From positions 13,219,062 through 13,283,061 of the forward strand of contig NC_134034.1 in the NCBI RefSeq assembly GCF_964204645.1: a stretch of DNA of 64,000 nt, given 5' to 3'. A model generated the notes under the pieces. That model did not search any database. It was not told where the DNA came from and saw only the letters and a list, made by a program, of their open reading frames with translations. The translations under genes and the position numbers were made by a program. Below are positions 1-11,500 of this stretch, one piece after another (positions within the stretch are counted from its first letter, which is position 1; every line of letters starts with the position of its first letter). The DNA is from Tubulanus polymorphus. Its lineage: Eukaryota > Animalia > Nemertea.

Positions 1-204
1 TTGCTATATCAATGATATCGTTTTGTTGCCTGTTGAAATCCCTTGCAGCTTCAATAGAAGGGGATATCACATTTCTAGAATATTGAGCGCCTCCCTGCTG
101 TCATATTATACCCGTTGAACCGAACGGCGGTCTGCGCGCGGTTATTATAGTTTTTCCGATATAGTTTCCGACAGGTGCGAATTTAATTTGACTCAACTAA
201 GACA

Positions 205-545
205 TAGTTCAACAGTTGTGTATTTTTAATTTGACTCCGGACCCAGTTCCACAGTTGTGTAGGTTTGATTTGACTCCGGATTCAGTTCCACAGTTGTGTG
301 GGTTTAATTTGACTCTGGACTCAGTTCCACAGTTGTGTGGGTTTAATTTGACTCTGGACTCAGTTCCACAGTTGTGTGGGTTTAATTTGACTCCGGATCT
401 AGTTCCACAGTTGTGTGTTTTTAATTTGACTCCGGACCCAGTTCCACAGTTGTGTTTATTTGACTCTGGATCCAGTTTAAAAGACGCAAAGCCGACTCTG
501 TGCGGATCCTTGAATTTTGACCCAGGGATCCAGTTCCACAGTCTT
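205..545 (+). repeat. 39-bp tandem repeat (CAGTTCCACAGTTGTGTGGGTTTAATTTGACTCCGGAC[T/C]), ~7 good copies plus a degenerate tail
   Basis: CAGTTCC-type starts at 205, 244, 283, 322, 361, 400, 439, 478 (39-bp period). This explains the 13-aa periodic ORFs 209..556 and 216..578. Confidence 0.95.
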
Positions 546-698
546 TTGTGTTTCAATTTGGTTCTAGTCCAGGGCTAAATTTGATCGGGAAACTTCATAC
601 GATCTACGACTCTCGAATAGCCCGCGTGTTCTTTGTACCGTCCAGTCCCTCCACCTAGCGGTCGCGTCATAATCACTGGCTCTTGTTTTATCCTGCAG

Positions 699-840
699 GT
701 GGTGCATCGGTATAAAACAGAACCAGGAAGTGAATGGAACAACAATAGAAGTAGAAAAACAACAACAACAACAACAGTTGAAGAGGGCGTCGGGGACAAT
801 TTGAGGCAAAGGAGAAGCATTTCTACGAAATAAATACGAC
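699..840 (+). other. probable non-coding 5'-UTR exon of ZC3H10
   Basis: Pyrimidine-rich acceptor TTTTATCCTGCAG ends at 698, strong donor GTAAGT starts at 841, and the next acceptor ATATTTCAG ends at 1599 upstream of the ZC3H10 ATG. Alternatively TATAAAA at 711 marks a promoter. Confidence 0.5.
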
Positions 841-1203
841 GTAAGTTAAGGACGTTGAGTTAATGTGAATGTAGGGATGATTTGTTGGGGACAAATGAAT
901 GAAAGCTGATGTATTTTGTTGAAGAAGAGAAAGAAACCACCGAAATTCAATCGATTCATCAGCCTAGGGTTACACCTCTGGCTCTGAAAATGAAAGTGAA
1001 TGAATTATCACCCACCTTTCATTCTTACTGCCCCTCAATTTGGAGATTCAATCTTATCTAATCGTGTAGCCTACTACAGTACACCGGACTGGTTTAAACT
1101 GGACTGTCATTGCAGTTTACTTGACCATTAGACTGCAGTTTAGTCAGTCACTGGACTGTGGTATAGTCAGTCACTGGACTGTGGTTTAGTCAGTCACTGG
1201 ACT

Positions 1204-1207
<4 letters not shown>

Positions 1208-1282
<75 letters not shown>
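1208..1282. repeat. (AT)n microsatellite, preceded by three 23-bp TAGTCAGTCACTGGACTGTGG units (1141-1206)
   Basis: Direct reading. Confidence 0.97.
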
Positions 1283-1284
<2 letters not shown>

Positions 1285-1607
1285 CTATCATTATATATCA
1301 TCATTATCAATTACTAATATTATTACTTAATTGATTACTATCACTACATATATTGCTATAGTCCCCTATTCTTGAATCGCACCGTAGCGCCCAATAACTG
1401 GCCCAATCAGAATCAAGATGGCTGTGGCCATTTTTGTTATGAACATTTGACTCGGATTTTCTTTCTCAAATATCTACGAAGATTCGCGGAAATTTAGTCT
1501 GAATGGCCCCCATCTTGTCATTTGGACATCCCCTACAAACTCCTGGATCCGCACCTGAAAACCGAATGATAATGAGATTTAAATTTGTGTATATTTCAGG
1601 GCGTAGC

Positions 1608-1650
<43 letters not shown>

Positions 1651-1912
1651 CAGCAATCGAAGTCCGGGCGCAGCGAATTGGATACTAACAACGAACGCGC
1701 GTAGATCTTTCCGGACTGCAATTCTGCCCCGCTGCGGAGACGCGCTTCAAAAATAAACCGAAAATTTCGATTTAAGACCGCTTTCCCGATATCGTCGTGC
1801 TTTGAGCGCACGCTAATTCGAAAAAGGAAATTAAGAATTTCGTCTTAAGATTTTGCGCTTGACCGATCAATCGGGGTCGCATAAAAAAACGTCATCCCTA
1901 GAGGTGTCGCAA

Positions 1913-3436
1913 ATGAGCAACAGCGAGTCGAGCGCCAGCAGTGACTGCGACAAGTTCTCAAACGGCAGCAACATGTCGGACAACAACAGCGACGGTGGCG
2001 GCGCTTCCGACGCCAAATACGACGATATCTGTCGCGACTATCTGCGCAACGTGTGCAAACGCGGCAAGCGATGCCGTTACAGGCACCCGGGCAATCAGTC
2101 GGACAGCGGCGCAATATCCGGCGGCGCGGGCAACGGTGTCAATTGCGTCATAAACGGCGCCACCAACCATAACAATAATAATCACAGCAGTAGTAATAAT
2201 AATAATAATAATCATAATAACAATAATAATAGTAAAAAGGCTGATTATACGTTTTGTCATGATTTTCAGAATACGGGATGTCGGCGTCCGAGTTGTAAGT
2301 TCATACACTGTACGCGTGAAGAAGAGGATTATTACAAGGGCACCGGGCAGTTGCCCGTACGTTTACAGCAGGCGGCCGCCCTCGGGCTCGGCGTGCAGCC
2401 CACCGAGCTACCGCTGATGAAAGGCGAGGTGCCGATTTGCAAGGATTATTTGAAAGGCGACTGTAAGCGCGGCGCGCGTTGTAAATACCGCCACATCTCG
2501 CCGACCGAGTACGAGTACGAGCTGCGACGTCTCGAACGCCGCGGTCGCAGTTTGATATCGACGACGCGATTCGACACGTACGACTCGTTCTGCGACCGTT
2601 TCGAGTTCGAGAGCGCGACGTCGTCAGCGACGGCGGCGGCGGCCGCGGTGGCCGTGAAACGACGCCGCGTCGAATTAGACGACTTCGAACACCACCACCA
2701 TCACCACCACGCGGCGGCCACCGACAGCATCTACGCGAGCATCGTGCGACCGTCGGCGGCGCTGTCCGATTATAAACTACTCGAGGAGGAGAACATCTTA
2801 CTGCGACGGAAAATCGACGAGTTGCGTAAACAGTGCTGCGACCTGGTGGCGACGAATGAAGTTTTGTTGGAACAGAACGCGCGGTACCGCATCGCGAAGT
2901 CGAACGCCGTCTCAGTTCAGGCGGTGACCAGCGCGCCGACGATGGTGACGGTTAGTCGCGTCGTCACGCCGGCTTCGACGCCCGCGCCTTTGATGTCGTC
3001 GGTGAACGCGCCGCTGTCGACCTGTAACATGGTGAACCAGCTACCGACGAGCATGCCGCAAGCGATCGCGCTCAACACCGACTTGGTATCGCAGCAGGTG
3101 ATGCAGCAGATCGCGCAGGCCGACATCGCGTCTCAGCAGGCGGCTAGTTTACCGCCGCCGCAGCAAACTCAACTGAACCACGCGACGCCGGTGACGATCG
3201 TACCGCCCGTGTCGATACAGCAGGCGGCGTTAACCGGCGCCGGCGGCGTTACATTGGCGTCTCAGGTGTCGTCGGTGCAGCAAACGCAGAATCTACCGCC
3301 GGCCGCCGTCGTCAGTATGTCGGCCAGCATGCCGCAGATATCGATACCGAATCAGACGCCGATGGTCTCATATCCGATAGTATCGCACACGCAGACGATC
3401 GCGTCGCAACACGCGCCAACTCACGTGCGCCAATGA
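1913..3436 (+). CDS. ZC3H10: Zinc finger CCCH domain-containing protein 10 (~507 aa, single coding exon)
   Basis: Three CCCH fingers with the ZC3H10 signatures DICRDYLRNVCKRGKRCRYRHP, FCHDFQN...C.FIH and VPICKDYLKGDCKRGARCKYRH, then the coiled coil LLEEENILLRRKIDELRKQ..DLVATNEVLLEQNA. First ATG is at 1913; the ORF track start at 1853 is TTG. Confidence 0.95.
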   Translation: MSNSESSASSDCDKFSNGSNMSDNNSDGGGASDAKYDDICRDYLRNVCKRGKRCRYRHPGNQSDSGAISGGAGNGVNCVINGATNHNNNNHSSSNNNNNNHNNNNNSKKADYTFCHDFQNTGCRRPSCKFIHCTREEEDYYKGTGQLPVRLQQAAALGLGVQPTELPLMKGEVPICKDYLKGDCKRGARCKYRHISPTEYEYELRRLERRGRSLISTTRFDTYDSFCDRFEFESATSSATAAAAAVAVKRRRVELDDFEHHHHHHHAAATDSIYASIVRPSAALSDYKLLEEENILLRRKIDELRKQCCDLVATNEVLLEQNARYRIAKSNAVSVQAVTSAPTMVTVSRVVTPASTPAPLMSSVNAPLSTCNMVNQLPTSMPQAIALNTDLVSQQVMQQIAQADIASQQAASLPPPQQTQLNHATPVTIVPPVSIQQAALTGAGGVTLASQVSSVQQTQNLPPAAVVSMSASMPQISIPNQTPMVSYPIVSHTQTIASQHAPTHVRQ

Positions 3437-3661
3437 CGCCAGGTCGATTTGTAGATAGATGGATGGACGCTCGTTGCGCCGAACTAAATCTAACCGATTT
3501 GAAAGTCTCGAATGTATATAGATAATGCATGATCTGTTTTATGGTATTTTTATTATGTTTTTCGAATTTTCTTAAAAGAAAAACAAAAGTTTGTAAGTTG
3601 ACTTGAAAGTTTATTAGAATATAGAAATATTAAGTTAGGCTTAAAAAAGTGGATCCTGTAG

Positions 3662-3960
3662 CAGGCGCGGATCTAGGGGGTCTTATAGGTCTGGGAGACC
3701 CTCAAAATTCTTAAGTGCCATCAAAAATTTTGCTCGCAAAACAATTTCACGACTCAAAATGCAGGAAACGGCTTCAAATCAGTGCTGGAATCTCAAAATT
3801 TTCTGGGGGGCCTCAAAACCTCCCCCCCCCCAGGGAGGGCTTCATGCTGAAGCAGTGTTAGCCTAGCGCTGCGCTCGGTGGGTTATCAGTGACCTTTTCT
3901 TTTAGGTATGTCCCTAGAATTCTGAGAAGACCCTCAGATATACCCCTAGATCCGCCCCTG
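3662..3960. mobile_element. MITE with CAGG(C/G)GCGGATCTAG...CTAGATCCGCCCCTG terminal inverted repeats (hAT-like ends)
   Basis: TIRs are visible; TSD is not clean. Related ends occur near 5779 and 44902. Confidence 0.7.
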
Positions 3961-4093
3961 TGTATTAGTATCCCAATCGGATTAATCTAGATTTTCATCT
4001 CGTACGGATGTTAATTACAGTTTACCTATTGGCCTAGATACAGAAATGAAATATGGTGCGTATAATCTATGAACTAGATTAATTTCAATCCTG

Positions 4094-4226
4094 GGGCCAG
4101 TTGCATTGTCGAGACTTAAGTCCAAAAGTGGTAATCTTAAGACTGGTCTTAAGTTGTTAGATTGGCTATAGACTAAATTGGTCTTAGACTGGTCTTAAGT
4201 CCAAGCCATGACTATGCAACCGGCCC
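4094..4226. mobile_element. PIF/Harbinger-type MITE (GGGCCAGTTGCA...TGCAACCGGCCC), CTG TSD
   Basis: TIRs plus flanking CTG/CTG. A reverse-complement copy lies at 60251-60389 (CAG/CAG flanks) and a nested copy at 56635-56860. Confidence 0.8.
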
Positions 4227-4861
4227 CTGGTTTAAGTCAGGTCTTCGATGAACTGATTATTCGGTCACCTGAAGTTCGTTGTCACAAGGTTCTACTCTAT
4301 ATAGAATAGTAAGTTATAACGAAGGGATTTTTTTTTGTCCTGAACTTCGTTGAAAGGAGGTTCAACTGTAAGGATTTCATGCTGGATGTTACGAACTATC
4401 GGTATAGCAAACATGAAACATTTCGATGGATTTATAATATAAGTTCAGAGAGTGCACCCTTCCCTGGTTAGACCCTATTCTCTCGTGTTTACAAGTGACA
4501 AGAGCGATTATGTAATCAATCACGCTCAAGCTGAACACCTGCCACCCAGATACCCCGCCATGAATTATAGATTATGTTATTAGATTATGTTGAAACAATC
4601 CTCTGTCGGTTTATTATTTGAAGTCACAGCAGCAGCAGCAGCAGCTGCTGCAGTTTGAAATAATCGAAAACACGAGACATTAATCACGGTTTTTCGTGTG
4701 TGGAAATAATAGTATCGTAGCGAATATGAAATCTTCCGCAGACGATGAATTGAAAATGTGGCTTTATTTACCGCGCAGGTGACTCCGGCATTTTCATGAA
4801 GTAAAATTGCCGTACAGTCGGTTTGCCAGTTCTGGGGCCAGTTGCCGCTCGATACCATCAG

Positions 4862-4989
4862 GGGGCCGGTTGCTCAAAAGTTGGTTACAGTTAACCAGTG
4901 GATAGTTGATATGGTGACAATTGAAATTTCATTGTTACTATGGTATTTAACGGCCGGTTATCTTTAACCAACTTTTGAGCAAATGGCCC
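4862..4989. mobile_element. Harbinger-type MITE (GGGGCCGGTTGCTCAAAAGTTGG...CCAACTTTTGAGCAAATGGCCC)
   Basis: Long imperfect TIRs with CAG on both flanks. Confidence 0.75.
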
Positions 4990-5010
4990 CAGATGTAGTG
5001 TTTACAATAC

Positions 5011-5451
5011 GGGACCCAGTTCCACAGTTGTGAGTTAGAGTTAACTCTGAATTCGCGTTAGTTCATTTGTTTCAATGAGTAGTTAACTCTGTCAAATCTG
5101 AACTCAAAACTGTGGAACTGGACCCAGAGACCTAGTGCGTACCTAATAAAGTCTATTTCAACCTGACTTGAGAGTACATCAGGTGGCCTAGCTCCTGATT
5201 CAGGTCTTATTAGAACCAGAATGCACTGGCAGTTGACCTAAAACATATTTTTTAATCCATTTGAAACTGTTTCGAAGGATATCCAAAAAGTCTGCATTAA
5301 AAGGGTTCATGGGAGGAAAGAGACTCCATTATTTAAAAGCCTGGGTCCAGTTCCACAGTTCTGAGTTAAGATCTGACTCTGGGTTAACTCATTGAAAATG
5401 AACTAACTTAAACTCAGAGTTAACTCTAACTCACGACTGTGGAACTGGGTC
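5011..5451. mobile_element. Two inverted copies (5011-5125 and 5344-5451) of a ~110-bp MITE with CCAGTTCCACAGTT termini
   Basis: Each copy has TIRs, and the second is the reverse complement of the first. A fragment lies at 27545-27634. Confidence 0.8.
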
Positions 5452-8400
5452 CTGCATATCAAACTTCAGTTGGTAGGTATGGAAACAAATTGTTAAATGA
5501 TATCGAACATACGTATTTTTGGTTATATGCATTGTCGATCCCCGCTTGCCAGGGGTCCGCTCCCTGAAGTCGCTTCCACCAGTCCCGGGGCATCATGCGA
5601 TGCTAGCTTCAATTCGGCCCCTGCATTTAAAGTGGTCACAGATCTCGGGGCCCAGGGACGAACATCCGCCCCCATACGTAAATTTTCAGGGGCCCAACCT
5701 GTCAGAACTCCAAACCCGGCGCTCGCTGGTGAGCCATTTAATTATTTAACCTTTCCAGACTATAACAGAATTTCCCATAGATCCGCCCTTCAAACGACAA
5801 CACTTTGAAACCGGTTTTCTATGAAATCAATGCCCGCAGTCAGGTGAGTCTATTGCTATATACAGAGACGTACAATTTATGTTGTAATCGGTACAATGGA
5901 TATTCGTATTAATGTATTGTTATATTGTAAATAGTCGAAATACCTCGTAGTAGAGTTGAGTTGATTTGTGTTAAAACGAAGTACAAATAAAAAGATTATG
6001 TTTCGTAAATAAAAAGTTATAAAATAAAACGAAATAAATATATGAGATATTGTATGTAATATGCGAGGTGTGTTTGTCAATTGGTTTGGGTTTTTACCCC
6101 TGGATGAGGAAGGTCTGGAATCTGCACTGACTGAATAATCGTCGGCTCAGCCCTGTTTGGCAGTATATAGCCGAATGCCCCGAGCCCTCGAGTAAAGCTC
6201 GTATCACAATGGCGATCTCTTCCGACTGCCATCGCTGCGAGTTTGCTGAAAGCCCGAACTTTAAGCGACACCTAGCGGATCCTGGTTCGAAACGTACTCA
6301 GTTCTGAGTACCCCAACTGCGCACTATCGACGCATGTACTCGTTTTGAAGTATGGTAGGCCTACTCGGCACATTTATCCAAGGGTGTAGTGGCCTTACCA
6401 GGCTCTAGAGCGTGTTAAGACTGAGTATACCCGAGACAAGAAAATGGCGGCAACTCATTTGCAGTTCGGCTATACTTGTTGCTCTACAAAAATCAACAAA
6501 TCCCATTCATCCACAAGGGATACTCGGAATTGAGTACCCTATACTCGTCGAGTACCGACCCGGTATTAGGTACGTGTCGATAAATTCGCCACAATAGTTT
6601 GAAAAGTTGCCGTGGCTTTCATATCGGGGAAAGTTTCACAGTCGTTTCTATCTGTAACTTGTTTCACAGACTTTTGCAAAAACCCGTTCGGAAGTTTTTC
6701 ACGATCTGGGACGGTTGTTCGCAAGTTTGTTAACTTAACGTTTTGATTTGGTGTCACTTATGAACGCACCACACCTGCCGGGAGCGCAACGGTTTAATTA
6801 TGAAATCGGAAATCGAATTACAGAGTAGTTGTGCGATCGGCGGTCGAATTTACAGAATTTGTTATTGTTGTTTAAATCGAAGTATTTAATTGGTTCATTC
6901 AAACAATCTCCCAACCAGTCTGAACCGGCAAACGATTGATTGGGGTTAACTTTGTTGGCTGCCTAATTTAATAAATCGAGACTTTGGAAAAGACTTTATC
7001 CTACAACGATGAGGATGATTTTGTCAATTTTTATATTTCTTGTCGTTTTCCAAAGTTCTACGTTAGTCAACGCCGTTAAACTTTAGGCCTAGCTGTTTTT
7101 ATTCTCAGTTTTTGGAATCATTCCGCGCTAAATGAGATCCAGTTCTAAAAATGCCTTGAACGTTTAATCGTTGTTTTCCTGGAACTCCATGAAGCGAACA
7201 CCATGAATGAAGGTCTTCTAGTTTTTTTTTTTATATATCGAATCGAGTTTGTTACCGAAATAATCTATTCATAGTCGGCCAAGTGGGCGTATTGTACAGG
7301 ACCGGAAAGGACTGAAAAAGAACAGAAGCTTTCTGTGTGGGCCAAGCAAAGCCTCAAGGCCCCTGTCGCAAGCGCCCAGTAAAAAGGGAAAGGTTAAAAG
7401 AAAGAGGAAAAATGAGAATTGTTAAAATTCGTAAATCTATAAGGAGAGTATAGCTGGAAAGTCTCAGGATCTAGTCACCGCGCCCATATACTGAGAGACA
7501 ATATAGGCCACCGTTAAGAATGAACAAATAAGAAGTTTTAATTCACTTTTCGTGCGACAACTATTCATTAATGTATTCACGGAATGCACTTATGACCGGG
7601 AGCTGTCTATACTTCATTATATATATATATACCAGAACCCGTACGGCAAGGTGCGACGACAATCATATCGAGTTTTATTGGATCGGGTCAGAATAGTATA
7701 AGCCACACTACATATTTTTTACGTAAGTAAAAATAACCTATACATAATAAATTTACTAGAGAATATATGGACCTGTGGAACGTGTTCAAATACGATAGAT
7801 TGTAGTCGTTTGAAGGTGAGAATTTTGAATTAACTGCCGCTGTGTATCCCAACGAAAACTTGCAAAGACGATTTAAAGGTTGCTTATATGATTGTGAAAA
7901 AAATGCTAGAATGCGAATCGATTTAGGCCTTAGTCATAGAGCTGTTTATGTTATTCCACTCATCCCGAATTTTGGAATATACAATATTACACAAATCTTG
8001 ATCATTTTTTGAAACTGGTATAATGCTTGTTATATATGTATGAGTACATATGAAACTACTTTTCCAACATCTTTAACACCTTATCACACAGGCCGTTTTC
8101 TTAATAACTAGGGTACTGAGTACGGATTCATTTCAAGACAAACGATGAACGCAGGGGTGAAAACTAGAAAAAAAAAAAAATATCTTAAAATTAAAGGAAC
8201 AAGAAAAAACAGAAATGAAATCGGTTGTTTACTATTCGAGTATTTTCCCACGCTAGAATCTTGGAACGGTCAAAATTCAAAACTGGTGGAAATTTTGATG
8301 AAATGAATTAAAACGAGGGAAGCGATGATGAATACTTTAAATCTTTTTTCGCGAATAACTAGATTGAAAATTAAGTCAAAATAACTAATTGAAAATTAGT

Positions 8401-8529
8401 TTGATGATTATTGCGCGGAATTTCGGGGGACGGGCTCCGTACCCCCAAGCAATCAAAACAAAGACCCCGAGCTAACTGAAACCTCAAAACCGCTTTTTAT
8501 GAATATATCTTCAGAAATCGCCGCAGACA

Positions 8530-11500
8530 ATGGCTGATAACCCGGCTTTCGAGCGAACTGAGGTACGTATACGTGTTTATTACACCGATCTAGAAAACTA
8601 AGAGTGAAAGATAAAAATTAACCACTTGAAATGTTTGAATAATAAATTCATGAATTCATGAGTATGCTAATATGCTAAACGCCCGTCTGTCGAGCTATGC
8701 AAATTTGCTTTGCAAATAAGGAAAAACTATTTGGAATTGTAGTGTAATTGATATCCATGTTCACCCAATACACACAATCTTTTATATATCGTTAATTTTT
8801 TCCTGTGCTCTAGGCAAATATTTTCGATTTTTAATTCGGCCAAAAGATCAACTATGATTCTAAGGCCATGCGAAACAAATCGATAGGTAAAAATAAAAAC
8901 TCGCCGCCCAAAAATGGCTGATGAGAAACTAGGGTGTTTCTTTGCGTAGCCTTAAACATTAGCTGAAGACTGAGTGACGTTTGATTGAGAGTTGATGCAA
9001 ACTCAATATTAGTCAATTGATTAACTAATTGTCTGAGTATTTGATTTACATAATTATGAGTACAGCCTAATTTAATCCTGCCGCGGCTTGAAGGAGTGTG
9101 AATAAGAAGGGGACTAAGGCAGATTTGTTGTCATTATCTCAAATTGCCGTAGAACGACGTAACATGTCAGACAGTGATAGCTTCCAAAATGGAACTTCGC
9201 CAACATCAACTCTGCTGGTAATGATATGTAGAACAACAACTAGTTCGTCTGATCGAGCTAGAGTATTTGGGTTCGATTCCCAATTTAATTCACAAGAACA
9301 ACATTGAGCTGTTCTTTTTTTTCGAACGATATACTATCGAGCATTTCTAATTTTCATGATTCTCGTTTTCCAGGACTTGGACGCGGTCAACGGTGGTCCT
9401 TCCATCAAAAAAGATAAAGACGAGTCGTCGATTGACGGTGTTAACGATCCGCCGCCTCACGTCGCATATGAAATACGTACGTAAGGCGAAATAAACTCGA
9501 ATGAGAAAAAAAACGATATTTTCGAAAAAATTATGATTTTGAAAAATATCGAAACTTGAAACTGCGAATTTCATTTTGAAATGAAAAAAGCGATCGTTTT
9601 TAAGTTTCGGATGTTTAGTTCCTGGCCCAGTTCCTCGGCTGACTCGTCGTGTCCTGCAGAACTATCGATTCGAATATCACGTGTCCATTTTCATCGTCGT
9701 AAATCATCTATCGACGACGCGATTTTGTATTTTACAGGCGACGCGAAAGATGCTCGAAAGGCGGAATCTGACGTCAAAGAAACAAACAGCGATAAACTGT
9801 CATACAGCATTGAAGAGTGTCCTCCTTGGCACACGTGTATTCTGTTAGGCTTTCAGGTACGGAAACTAACCGCACGTTCTGTATATTTCACAGAAAATCC
9901 TTTAGAAATATGATTAAAAGTCTCAGCTATCCCAATAAGTACCCATTATACATTATATCTATATGGTTCCTATTTATTTGACGCACGAGTTTTCGCTAGA
10001 AATGTATAGAAGCTGCACCTGATGAAGCTTTTATACATTAGTAGCGGAAACTCGTGCGTCAAATGAACTAGTTAACCTATATACTACTACTTGTCTCGTT
10101 GTTCATTATTTCTGCTTGTAACAGCTCTCACATCACACACATCTGCGAGGGGGGGGGGGAGGGAGTTCAAACAATAACTCATGTGGTCTACTGTTCCCTG
10201 TAACAGCTGTGAAGACAATCAAAACAACCAATTTATCTGTTCTACTCGCCTTTCTCCGGAGCGGGTTCACCACTTGGATTGGACCCATGCTCTCCCGGCA
10301 CAGCTGGGAAGAGAGAGGTTTATCAAAAGAACCAAAAATGTGTCTGTTTGGTCTGTTAGCTGCAATTCGCACAATTCTTCCGTTACTGATGGCATTTAGC
10401 GTGATGAAATTCTTCTTGCAGCACTATTTGACCATGTTCGGGGCTACGATTGCCATCCCGATGTTACTGGCTAAACCACTGTGCATGGCTAACGACCATT
10501 TAGCGATAGCGGAAGTCATCGGCACGATATTCTTCGTTTCCGGTCTGGTCACGCTGTTACAATCGACGATAGGAAGTAGGTCAGTAGGTCATACCATGTG
10601 ATTTAACGCCCTCTATTGGCGTATGAAAAGGAAAATATGCATTTCTCGATTGCTCCGATAAGGCTTTTGACGATAATGAACCTTGAATTGAATTGAATTG
10701 AATTTATTTTGCATTTCAAAATTACATTATAAAATCTAAAGTTTTTATGACAGATTAGGCTTGCGATGAAATTTACCTAGTCCGTCAAGAGCTTAAATTA
10801 GCAATGGGTTTGTCTTATATCTAAAAAAGGGTTGCTGTCTCTGGACAGTTGTGACTGACGCTGATAAAATTTCATAGTATCAAATATTTTGGTTAAAAAT
10901 GTAAGGAGTAAGAGTTTTTAGAAATACTGTGATTGACAATTTTACCACGGTAAAGTTGAGATTGGCAAAAATCATTCTACCCCGATTTGGTGTCAAATAC
11001 CGAGAGTTTGAGTTTAAGTTTAGATATGCAGTAACATTCTACCCCGAATAAGCCTCAAATGTGCATGAGTTTGAAAATTGGAACCAAAATACCGAGTAGT
11101 AAATATGAAATGTGTATATGTAATTCAAAATGTGGGCCCGGCGAAGTGGATTTTCAAAAGGGGGTCTATAATAACGTCATCATTTTTTTCAGACTGCCTA
11201 TTATTCAGGGAGGCACGTTCTCATTTCTGGTTCCCACGTTCGCAATTCTAAGTCTTCCCAAGTGGAAATGCCCCGCTGGAAGTAAGTGTGTCTTCGATTA
11301 GAATACCGGAACAAACCCCATTACACGACGGTCGAACTTGTTGATGTCCTTTTTTCGTTTCCGAATTCTAGTGGAACTCCTTACAAACAAAACACAAATG
11401 GAAGAAATTTGGCAGCCAGCAATGCGCGAGGTAACCAATACTGTCTATAGCCGCGATCACACGGAGACGATTTGGCCCGGGCCAAATTGACACGGATCAG

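Noticed and set aside
209-578. 13-aa repeat ORFs on both strands
   Set aside because: Translation of the 39-bp satellite.
1853-1912. N-terminal extension of ZC3H10 in the ORF track
   Set aside because: Starts at TTG; the first ATG is at 1913.
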